From contig CBDCRP010000002.1 in NCBI GenBank assembly GCA_965221165.1, forward strand, positions 864,001 through 928,000: a stretch of DNA of 64,000 nt. Direction: 5' to 3'. The notes beneath the pieces are model-generated. The model was not told the origin of the DNA and did no database searches. It saw only the letters and a program-made list of their open reading frames with translations. Position numbers and translations under genes: made by a program. Positions 28,934 through 37,080 of the stretch are shown piece after piece; the stretch's first letter is position 1; every line of letters starts with the position of its first letter. Origin of the DNA: a bacterium (GTDB lineage Bacteria; UBA8248).

Positions 28934-29111
28934 TAGATGCCCCTTTGCCAAGCGAATGAATTCGACCGCCGTCTCACACAGCGCACCCTATTACATAACT
29001 TGTAGCACTTTGCAACTTTTCAGCACACTTTTTTCGCATTTTATCAACACAACCAAAGTTATATATTATTCCCTTTTTTACCAATCCTCCGGAATTTTCC
29101 GCCCCCCCCCA

Positions 29112-29683
29112 TCACTCGATGCGCTCCTCGAGCTTGCGCGTCGCCTCGGCGGTGAGTTCGCATATCTTCTCCATCACCTCGGGATGATCGCGGAGCGATT
29201 CGCGCACCTCGTTGACAATCGCCATCTTGGCGGCGGCGAACCCGTCCTCGTACTGAAGCCTGAGACGCTCGGCCGATATGCGGCTGTTCTCGAGCGTGTT
29301 CACCATCTTCGCGATTTTTTCGGGGGTCAAGCCCTCGAAGGATTTCCGTTCCATGTGCGAGACGGCCTCGACCGCCTGCGCCATCAGCATCCGCCGCGCG
29401 GCGGCGGCCACCTTCTCGCCCGGGTCCCTGCCCTCACCGTCGTAGGCCATGACTTCTTCGATCAGCTCATCCACCATGGCTTCGACCTGCTTACTCTTGC
29501 GGATGCCCTCGAGCAGGCGCCGTTGTGCCTGAATACGGAAGATATCTGCAGCGGCTCCCCGGTGGCGTTCTCGAAGGCCCGCGCCACTTCCTTGTAGGTC
29601 TTCCCCTCGGCGAGCATGGGATCGACGAACTTCTCCGCGTCGTATCGCTCGATTTTCGCACGGCGTCCCCGTCTTCTCTCCAT
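29112..29683 (-). pseudogene. Mu gp27/DUF3486-like putative small terminase with a 1-nt frameshift near 29523
   Basis: N-terminal MERRRGRRAKIE...TYKEVA...ISSVFRH in one frame; helical C-terminal RRLLEGIRKSKQ...LRDHPEVMEKI in another; coupled to the gp26-like gene. Confidence 0.65.
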
Positions 29684-30015
29684 CACAACTCTCCCACGAG
29701 GATGTCGGGCGACCCCGATACGGCTCCCTCGAGCAGGCCCCGCCCCCGGCGGGTGAGGTGGACCTCGTAGTCGGTGAGCAGGCGGCCGAAACCGCCCGGG
29801 GTGCGCTTTTCCACCAAGCCCCGCTCCGCCAGATCGTCCACGAAGGCCTCGAGCGTCTCCCGGCCGATGGGCGCGCCGTCCTCGTGGTGGCCCGCCTCGC
29901 GCAGCGCGCTCCACAGAAGAAGGCTGCCGACGCTCGATTTCTCCTGAAAGGCATCCTGGTAATAAAGCGTCTTCAATATGTCGCCGCGCAGAACGCGGGC
30001 CGCCAACTCGTTCAC
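29683..30015 (-). CDS. Mu gp26-like winged-helix protein
   Basis: LRGDILKTL...LAERGLVE...LTRRGRGLLEG pattern; lies immediately before the DUF3486-like gene, as in Mu-like phages. Confidence 0.7.
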   Translation of the reverse strand: MNELAARVLRGDILKTLYYQDAFQEKSSVGSLLLWSALREAGHHEDGAPIGRETLEAFVDDLAERGLVEKRTPGGFGRLLTDYEVHLTRRGRGLLEGAVSGSPDILVGEL

Positions 30016-30152
30016 GCCAAAACACCTCCTGGATAACTTTGACCCTCAAACGCCGGACGCGGCACGCCTGGATTCGGCGTCTCTCGCGGATGATGAAATA
30101 CGCCCCGGGCGTCTCGGCACGCCCCTCCCCCGCGCGCGGCGGGGATTCGGGC

Positions 30153-30204
30153 AATATAGGGTGCGGCGCAGGTTCCGGCGGCCCCGTAAATGCGGGCAAA
30201 TGCG
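30153..30204 (-). promoter_or_regulatory. Module promoter 3 (gp26/small terminase): direct-repeat box plus -10 TATATT
   Basis: CGTAAATGCGGGCAAATGCG at 30185-30204; AATATA at 30153-30158; 26-bp gap. Confidence 0.8.
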
Positions 30205-30267
30205 GGGGCCTGTGCGTTGAGAAAAAAAACCAGCAAGCCCACAATGCTCCCCGGGGAGGACGCTTCG

Positions 30268-30666
30268 ATGCGCGCGCGCGACTGGAAAATCACCGCCACG
30301 GCCGCCATCTGCACGCTGTGGTTCTTGTGGCTGCCCGATTCGCCGGCCTCAGGCCACGGGGAGGAGGAAATCCTCCTGTTCGCCTATCTGGCGGAAGAGC
30401 AAAACCTCCTGAGAATCTCGACCGCCATCGTGGGCGGCATCATCCTGGCGATGGGCGCCTTTATCACCCAGCAATCGCGCGCCGAGGCGAGAGAGGGAGC
30501 AGGAGCCGAATACTCGGGCTTCAAGGTGATGGCGCCGGGGCTGCTCGTCACCTGTCTGGGCGTCGGCGTGTTGTTCACGGCCGCCTTCATCCTGCCCGAG
30601 CAGATCAAGATCGTGCACGATCATCCTCTGGGCCAATCCGAGACAAAGGCTCACGAGAGGCGCTGA
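30268..30666 (+). CDS. Hypothetical membrane protein
   Basis: GGAGG RBS, three hydrophobic segments; opposite strand, interrupting the phage modules. Confidence 0.6.
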   Translation: MRARDWKITATAAICTLWFLWLPDSPASGHGEEEILLFAYLAEEQNLLRISTAIVGGIILAMGAFITQQSRAEAREGAGAEYSGFKVMAPGLLVTCLGVGVLFTAAFILPEQIKIVHDHPLGQSETKAHERR

Positions 30667-30720
30667 ACCACCCGCGCCCGGCAAACCGCGCCGGTGAATT
30701 TTCTGCGACCGGGAACCCTC

Positions 30721-31143
30721 TCACCTCGCTTTTCCCGTCAATTTCTCGACGGTGCGCAGAGCGCCGAGACCCAGCATCCCCAGGGTGAGCTCTAAAAGCC
30801 CCTCCGCCGAGACGGGATAGGGAACCAGCGCGCCGCCCATCAGCACCTGCCGCGTCCAGAGCCAGGCGCCCAGGGCGTACTGGGGGATGAAATAAAAGGC
30901 GAGCGACACGCCGCAGGTCCACAATATGAACGGCCTCCCCCCGGCGACGAAGGCGCTGCGGTGCGCCGCCTCGATTTTGTTTATCTCGTTCTGGGCTTCC
31001 AAGGGGCGCATCATCAGCTTTTGTTTTATCGCCTCCGCCGCCCGTCTCTCATCGGGCGTTTCGACGAACTTGTCGATGACGTTGGCGACGCCCTCGGCCG
31101 CCGTAACGACGCCTCCGCCGATGAGTTTTTCGAAAAAAGCCAT
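30721..31143 (-). CDS. 3TM holin (GTA_holin_3TM-type family)
   Basis: MAFFEKLIGGG...IEAAHRSAFVAGGRPFILW...LGMLGLGALRTVEK; start overlaps the lysozyme stop. Confidence 0.85.
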   Translation of the reverse strand: MAFFEKLIGGGVVTAAEGVANVIDKFVETPDERRAAEAIKQKLMMRPLEAQNEINKIEAAHRSAFVAGGRPFILWTCGVSLAFYFIPQYALGAWLWTRQVLMGGALVPYPVSAEGLLELTLGMLGLGALRTVEKLTGKAR

Positions 31144-31556
31144 CACGCGCTCCTCATCATCCCGGCGACCCTGCCCGCCCGGGCGGGCAACTCGCGCGCG
31201 TAATCGGAATCGAGCGCCTCCGCAGCCGCTCCCTCGTAATCGCCCTCCGCAAGCGCCGCCCACATTTTCCTGAAACCAAGAAGGCTCGGCACGCCCATGT
31301 TGTAGGCCATGTTCAAAACCGCGCGCTGTGCGCCGGGCCTTAAATTCGCATATACCCCGTCGACGGAGGAGCGCTCGATTTCTTCGGCCATCAGCCCCAG
31401 GCGATGCCGAAGAAGCAGTTCGGCTTCGGCCTCGGATATACCGTCCTCGATAAGCGTCCCGTAGCCGATGGTCTGCTTGCCCCTGGTGTCCAAATACACC
31501 CTGGGCTTGAAACCCTCCTCTTGCTTGATCTCCTCGATCAGTTCGTCCGTGAGCAT
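31143..31556 (-). CDS. Phage lysozyme/endolysin (GH24, T4-like)
   Basis: EEG...YLDTRGKQTIGYG catalytic region; NMAYNMG; FRKMWAAL. Confidence 0.9.
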   Translation of the reverse strand: MLTDELIEEIKQEEGFKPRVYLDTRGKQTIGYGTLIEDGISEAEAELLLRHRLGLMAEEIERSSVDGVYANLRPGAQRAVLNMAYNMGVPSLLGFRKMWAALAEGDYEGAAAEALDSDYARELPARAGRVAGMMRSA

Positions 31557-31774
31557 GGCTTCTCCTCATTCATCAGCGAATCCTCGCCGTCATTTGCCTC
31601 TCTCATCAGACGCCGCAGCGACGCCGCTCCCTTGTGAGCGCCCACGCGGCCCGCGTAGGCCTGGCTCGAGGCCAGGATGCGTCCGTTTTTCGCCCTGACG
31701 CGGAAACGATGCCGCCCGGATTCGTCCTCGAAAATCTCGATGGGACGCCGTCCCGATCTTTTCACGGCGCGCAT
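31538..31774 (-). CDS. DUF1508/YegP-like small protein
   Basis: IEIFEDESGRHRFRVRAKNGRILASSQAY. Confidence 0.75.
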   Translation of the reverse strand: MRAVKRSGRRPIEIFEDESGRHRFRVRAKNGRILASSQAYAGRVGAHKGAASLRRLMREANDGEDSLMNEEKPCSRTN

Positions 31775-31977
31775 GTCGAAACCCCCAGGTAAATCCCCAA
31801 ACCCAAAAGACACGCGGCGACGGCGGCGAGGCGAAAGGCAGCATGCCTGCCGTTCACCCAGCGCCACACAATGGAGCCCGTTCGCTTTTCGAATTCATTT
31901 TTCTCGGACATGATTTTCCTCTCTCTTCAGGGGGAATCCCGCGCGCCGCCCTTAGGCTGCGCGCCTCGACCCGGGAG

Positions 31978-32029
31978 ATCCTAGGCCTTGATGACACCGG
32001 GCCTATGACGCAAAATGCGGGCAACTGCG
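31978..32029 (-). promoter_or_regulatory. Module promoter 4 (lysis): direct-repeat box plus -10 TAGGAT
   Basis: GCAAAATGCGGGCAACTGCG at 32010-32029 (third TGCG at 32036-32039); ATCCTA at 31978-31983; 26-bp gap. Confidence 0.72.
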
Positions 32030-32183
32030 GGGTGATGCGCCGCTCGGCCCTCGGATGTGCGCGCAAAATCCCGCGGTGTTTCAACCCAAGGGGAGTAGTG
32101 CTAAAATGCGCATCGCCCGAGGGTCGTATGAATACAAAAGGGCGCGCGCCCTCGCGCACGCCGCCGCACACAGGAGATGAACC

Positions 32184-32672
32184 ATGAAGAGAGTAATGGC
32201 CACTGCACTGATAGCCGCATTCAGCCTGGGACTCGCCGGGTGCGACCCCAGCCAGGGACGCATGAAGCAGACCGGCGGCGCGATTCTGGGCGGAATCGCG
32301 GGCGGCATGCTCGGCTCGCGGGTCGGCAAGGGCCGGGGTCGCCAGGTGGCGACGATAGCGGGCGTCGTCCTCGGCAGCCTCGTGGGCAGTTCCATCGGAC
32401 GGCAACTCGACGAGCGCGACCGGCTCCTGATGTCACGGAGCACACAAAAATCCTTGGAGCGCGGGAAAACGAACGTGGCCAGCACATGGGTGAACCCCGA
32501 CTCGGGAAACCGGGGCACCATCACCCCCCGGCGCACCTACCGGGTCCAAAGAGGCTCGACCACCAGGTATTGCCGCGAGTTCCGGCAGAGCATCACCGTG
32601 GGCGGCAAAACCGAGCGCGCCTACGGCCGGGCCTGCCGCCAGCCCGACGGAAGCTGGAAGATCGTCAACTAG
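32184..32672 (+). CDS. Glycine-zipper outer-membrane lipoprotein (17-kDa surface antigen/LipA-like)
   Basis: Lipobox LAGC, glycine zipper, WVNPDSG, CREF, ACRQPDGSW. Confidence 0.9.
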   Translation: MKRVMATALIAAFSLGLAGCDPSQGRMKQTGGAILGGIAGGMLGSRVGKGRGRQVATIAGVVLGSLVGSSIGRQLDERDRLLMSRSTQKSLERGKTNVASTWVNPDSGNRGTITPRRTYRVQRGSTTRYCREFRQSITVGGKTERAYGRACRQPDGSWKIVN

Positions 32673-32804
32673 GCTCGCGCGCCGCACCACAAGCGCGCCC
32701 GGTGCATACCCCTCGACCTCGCCCGGTCAATCCGCGCTCGCTTGGAGCTTCCCCTCGCAAGGGATATAATCCGGGTTCACGGGATCATCCGAGAGGGGCG
32801 TTTC

Positions 32805-33203
32805 ATGAAAAGACGCATCTGCGCCGGCGTGGCGTTCATGTTCTTCCTATCCGGATGCGCAGGTTCAGGGCCGAAACCGGTGGCGCGCTATGCGCTTACG
32901 GATGAGAAGCGCAACTGCGCGTCGATTAAGGCGGAAATCAAGGCGAATAAAACCGAAATCGCGAAAAAGAACACCGAGCGAAAGAACAAGACGAACAAAA
33001 ACCTCACCCTGGGCGCTGCGGGCGTGTTCCTTATCGTGCCGTGGTTCTTCATGGACTTGAAGGGCAAGGAAGCGGGCGAGACCGAAGCGCTCGAGCGCCG
33101 CAACGCCGCACTTCGCCGGATCGCCTTCACCAAGGGCTGCATCGCGCCGCTTCCCATCGTCACCCATCAGAGAAAACCGAAAACGGGGAAGAAAGCGAAA
33201 TAG
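32805..33203 (+). CDS. Hypothetical lipoprotein
   Basis: Lipobox LSGC; conserved-looking PWFFMDL segment. Confidence 0.7.
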   Translation: MKRRICAGVAFMFFLSGCAGSGPKPVARYALTDEKRNCASIKAEIKANKTEIAKKNTERKNKTNKNLTLGAAGVFLIVPWFFMDLKGKEAGETEALERRNAALRRIAFTKGCIAPLPIVTHQRKPKTGKKAK

Positions 33204-33365
33204 GAGTAAGACTCAAAAACAAACCAAGCAAGCCATGAACGAGACGGCCCGCGCTTATCTGGAATTTCCGTCTTTTAAGGAATATAATCCATATTTTAGA
33301 AAAACCCTGGGCCAAATAGTTCGGAGCGTGGACAAGAGATATTTCCAACACCTGGGATCAATAGC

Positions 33366-34310
33366 GTGAATACCGACGTAACCATCCACTCATCAAACCT
33401 TAACGCCACAGGAGAGAGTTCCTGCCGCCGAACACGGCTTTCATCACCCTCACAAATCGGCTACCTCAGAGTAGACGATCCTGAGGGCCCTCCCTTTGGT
33501 TCCATAGGGAGGTCTCTACTCATACACGGGGATGCCCATCAAGCACTTGATTTGTTACCGGATGAATCCGTACAAACTGTCGTTACCTCCCCACCGTACT
33601 GGTCGCTTCGGGATTATGAGGTGGAGGACCAGATCGGACGTGACGACGCTTTGGAGGATTATACAAACAGCATCGTGACAACTTTTGGAAAACTAAGACG
33701 CGTTCTCCGAACTGATGGAACGGTGTGGTTGAACATTGGAGACGCATACACGTCGGGAAACCGCCGCTACCGAGCACCGGACAAAAAGAATCGCGCTCGT
33801 GCAATGAAAGTCAGGCCGCCGACTCCGGGCGGACTGAAACCGAAAGACCTGATCGGAGTTCCGTGGCGATTGGCGTTTGCGCTGCAAAACGCCGGGTGGT
33901 GGCTTCGTTCGGAAGTGATCTGGCACAAGCCGAACGCGCATCCGGAATCGGTTCGGGACCGGCCTACGAAAGCACACGAGACATTGTTTCTACTTTCTCA
34001 GAACCAAAATTATTATTACGACGTTGGAGCCGTCCGAGGGCCGAATAATCGGAGGCTCCGCACTGTTTGGGACATTCCTACGGAACCTAGAAAGAACGGA
34101 CATGTGGACGATCACCCAGCGATCATGCCAATGTCGCTCGCAAGCAGATGCGTCAGCATTACCACCAAACCAGAAAGCGTTGTGCTCGATCCCTTCGCCG
34201 GATCGGGAACAACTTTGCTCGCCGCGCAAAAACTCGGTCGAAAATGGGTGGGTGTCGAACTCAAAGCCTCATTCGTGAACCTGATAGAGCGACGAATGAA
34301 CGGCAAATGA
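33366..34310 (+). CDS. N4-cytosine DNA methyltransferase, beta class (M.SmaI/M.Cfr9I-like)
   Basis: TSPPYW motif IV before DPFAGSGT motif I; RPPTPGGLKPKDLIGVPWRLAFAL. Confidence 0.9.
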   Translation: MNTDVTIHSSNLNATGESSCRRTRLSSPSQIGYLRVDDPEGPPFGSIGRSLLIHGDAHQALDLLPDESVQTVVTSPPYWSLRDYEVEDQIGRDDALEDYTNSIVTTFGKLRRVLRTDGTVWLNIGDAYTSGNRRYRAPDKKNRARAMKVRPPTPGGLKPKDLIGVPWRLAFALQNAGWWLRSEVIWHKPNAHPESVRDRPTKAHETLFLLSQNQNYYYDVGAVRGPNNRRLRTVWDIPTEPRKNGHVDDHPAIMPMSLASRCVSITTKPESVVLDPFAGSGTTLLAAQKLGRKWVGVELKASFVNLIERRMNGK

Positions 34311-35053
34311 CTCTCCAAGAGCTTAAATCTAAACTAGACCAATTATCACCAGTCAAAGTGCAGTTCGTGGCGAAGGTTATCGAGGCCCTTACAAATCCGC
34401 CACAAGTAAGCATCAAAAAGGGAACTTGGATTACCCACTCCGCGGATTGGATGGAGTATTTCGGTCTCGCGCTTTCGTTGCATCACGGAACAACCACAGA
34501 ACCTCTGGACCGGACCAGGTTCGAGACCGTATTCAGGAATGCCTGTACTTCCGTAAACTGGAAAGTCGATGAACCGGGAAGCCCGACCAGGCGCTTTGTC
34601 GACCTTGAAGTTCAAGCAGGCGATGATCTTAAAAGACGAATTTCATTGAAATCGACCTCTGCAAAAAACTTGTCAGAAACGAGAGTTCATATTTCTAAAC
34701 TGACCGAAGCAGCATGGATACAGGATCTGCGCAGAGCGCAAGAACGACGCAACCAAACGCTCAGTTTGTTCAAAGAGTATACGAGCGCCGTAGATGCAAT
34801 CGTTATGTTGAGGGCATTTAGGGAGGGAAACAATATCCCGCATCGCTACCAGCTTATTGAGATTCCGACTGCGATTTTCGATTCAGTTCAAAAAGCTCCG
34901 GTGGAAACTTTCAGGAATGACGCGCCGGTTATCGAATCCAATATGAAAGGAGTTACCGTCGCTCGGGTTGCGATAGATCGTTCCGATGCAAAAATTACAG
35001 TCCGTAGTATCCTCTTGAGCGCGTGCGTTGTTCATGCGGAATGGCTTACCTGA
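34307..35053 (+). CDS. Type II restriction endonuclease, SmaI-like
   Basis: 248 aa, ATGA-coupled to the MTase; FG..L..HH, ISLKS, HISK, YQLIEIP, C.VH..W resemble R.SmaI (recalled from memory). Confidence 0.7.
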   Translation: MTLQELKSKLDQLSPVKVQFVAKVIEALTNPPQVSIKKGTWITHSADWMEYFGLALSLHHGTTTEPLDRTRFETVFRNACTSVNWKVDEPGSPTRRFVDLEVQAGDDLKRRISLKSTSAKNLSETRVHISKLTEAAWIQDLRRAQERRNQTLSLFKEYTSAVDAIVMLRAFREGNNIPHRYQLIEIPTAIFDSVQKAPVETFRNDAPVIESNMKGVTVARVAIDRSDAKITVRSILLSACVVHAEWLT

Positions 35054-35127
35054 CCAACCCTACGTGTTAACCAGTGAAAAATTACTTAACCCATCGCCTC
35101 GCCGCCATGTAACGTAAAGGGCCGCGC

Positions 35128-35979
35128 ATGCCGAAAAACCACGCAGGAAACTTTCTTCTTAAATCCTTGCTCATCGCCGTCTTGGGAGTCTGCTTCCTGG
35201 GCGTCCCCCGCGCAGAGGCAGCGGAATGCTCCTACGGCCCCTACACGGGGCGCTGCCGCGACATCGGGCTCATGCGGTCGGTCAAGCGCAATTCGGAAAA
35301 ACTCACCTCCGCGCGCTCTATACTCTGGGTGGAAAAACACTATCTCTCCCCTGATGCGGCGAGCGATTTGCACCGGCGGATAGATGCAGGCATAGAGGCC
35401 GTCGAGAAGTTTCTGGGCTTTAAGTTCTCACGCGCGGCCTACGGGCAGGAGAAATTAGAATTCTTCGTCCATAGCAGGCGCGCGCCCTCACACACCATAA
35501 CCGGCTACCAACCACGAGAATACATGCACCCGGTCGTGTTTCTCTCTTTCGCCAAAAGAAAAAGAACGCCCTACCTGCACGAGACGGTCCACATCATCGC
35601 GTGGGACTGGAACGCGCTGTGGCTCAAGGAGGGCCTCGCCGTTCACTTGAACGATCGCTTAAGCGGCTACCCCGCCTTTCCTAATTTCGGGGAATCGGTG
35701 GACGATTTCGCGAGCCGCGTCCTCAGGCGCGAGTTCCCTCCCGCGACGAAAGCGCTCGACCTCATGGGCGAAAACGGAGTGCCCGGATTCGAGAACAGGC
35801 GCGTGCGGCGCATGTTCTACATACTCGCAGGCTCCTACGTCGGCTATCTTCTCGATAAGATGGGCGTAAAGAAACTCATGCGGGTCTACGCCGCAAAGGA
35901 CACCAAGGCCGCCATTCTCAAGGAGACGGGAAAACCCGCCTGGCGGTGGAAGGAGGCGTGGCTGGGTGAGGTGAGGTAG
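35128..35979 (+). CDS. Secreted protein with HExxH metallopeptidase motif
   Basis: Signal peptide; HETVH...WLKEGLA gluzincin-like motif. Confidence 0.7.
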   Translation: MPKNHAGNFLLKSLLIAVLGVCFLGVPRAEAAECSYGPYTGRCRDIGLMRSVKRNSEKLTSARSILWVEKHYLSPDAASDLHRRIDAGIEAVEKFLGFKFSRAAYGQEKLEFFVHSRRAPSHTITGYQPREYMHPVVFLSFAKRKRTPYLHETVHIIAWDWNALWLKEGLAVHLNDRLSGYPAFPNFGESVDDFASRVLRREFPPATKALDLMGENGVPGFENRRVRRMFYILAGSYVGYLLDKMGVKKLMRVYAAKDTKAAILKETGKPAWRWKEAWLGEVR

Positions 35980-36360
35980 TCAATCCCGCATGCCGCCGAA
36001 TTTCCATTCCAGATCCAGGGGAAATTCCTCCTGCATCTTCTCGACGTAGGCGAGCACGTCCTCGCGGCGAAAGCGCGCGCTCTTGAACGAGGGATGGTTT
36101 TCGGGCCGCCTTTCACCCGCGCGCGGGGGCGGGCGGCGCAGGTAGACGGGCCGGAGGCAGGGACTCTCGCTCGCGCAGTCCTCGGCGATGATGGCGTCGA
36201 GCGTACGGTAGCTCTTATAGCCCAAAACCCTGGCCAGCATGGGTTTTGTGAGAAACGCCTCTTCCTCGAGAATCCGGCGCGGGGTTCTCGGGTCCGGCGG
36301 GGATTGTTTCGCCCTTCTCTCGCGCCGCTTGCGCACGGGGGCCTTCTTTGAGGGCGGCAT
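35980..36360 (-). CDS. Excisionase/AlpA/MerR-like HTH DNA-binding protein (candidate activator of the phage modules)
   Basis: FLTKPMLARVLGYKSYRTL...ARFRREDVLAYVE is an HTH_17-type pattern; ATG 36360 overlaps the upstream stop. Confidence 0.65.
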   Translation of the reverse strand: MPPSKKAPVRKRRERRAKQSPPDPRTPRRILEEEAFLTKPMLARVLGYKSYRTLDAIIAEDCASESPCLRPVYLRRPPPRAGERRPENHPSFKSARFRREDVLAYVEKMQEEFPLDLEWKFGGMRD

Positions 36361-36641
36361 CAGCAAAGCGCCTCGGCGAGCGGCAGAACGCGCACGTCGC
36401 GCCTGCGCGCTCTCTTCGCCCGGATGAGCGCATCGGCGCGCGCGCGGGCGGATTCCACATTCGGGAAGAGGAGGCGCACGCACCTCTCGCGATTTAAGTC
36501 CCGATAGACGAGCAGCACGCCCCCTTCGGGCACGCCGAAACCCTCATCCACCAGATCGGCCAGCGTCCGCTCGTGCGTTCCGATGAAGGAGACGGCCTCG
36601 TTCATGACGCCTCTCCCGGACATCCGCATGGTGATATGCAT
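36360..36641 (-). CDS. Hypothetical protein coupled to the HTH gene
   Basis: GGAGGAGG RBS; TGATG overlap with the downstream gene. Confidence 0.55.
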   Translation of the reverse strand: MHITMRMSGRGVMNEAVSFIGTHERTLADLVDEGFGVPEGGVLLVYRDLNRERCVRLLFPNVESARARADALIRAKRARRRDVRVLPLAEALC

Positions 36642-37080
36642 GGCGCCTCCTCCGTGAGAAGTAATAAATGCCCGGATGACCCACGTGGTCTTGAAGGTGC
36701 GGTGGTGTCAGAAGGGAGCGTCTCACGGGCGGTGTGAGACGCCGTATTCGGTGGGGAAGATGGTGGGGATTTGCGGGACGGATCATCCGGGCGAGTCGAA
36801 TTTGCGAAAACATCGCTAAATCTGGATATGTTCACGACGTTTTTCGAAAAATCCATGAAATTTCCTTTTTCTCCATAAAAAAAGCAACATCAACGAGATG
36901 AACGGTTCAATCACTTGTGCGCGATCTTCTCGTTCACAGGTCAAGCAAAGCGAATATATCTATATATAACCAATATGTCAATAAAAATATCTAAAAATAA
37001 TTATATCGGGAAAGATGCCCGGATAATCGTTGATAAAAAGGGAGATGTGGAGGAAGTACGGCGGCGGCGAGCGGATGCGG

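Noticed and set aside
32104-32110. Single AAATGCG half-site
   Set aside because: No paired repeat; probably part of the divergent lipoprotein promoter region.
1-36641. Single intact 36-kb prophage
   Set aside because: Most of the span is host metabolic genes on both strands; no integrase, transposase, repressor, replication gene or att repeat is seen.
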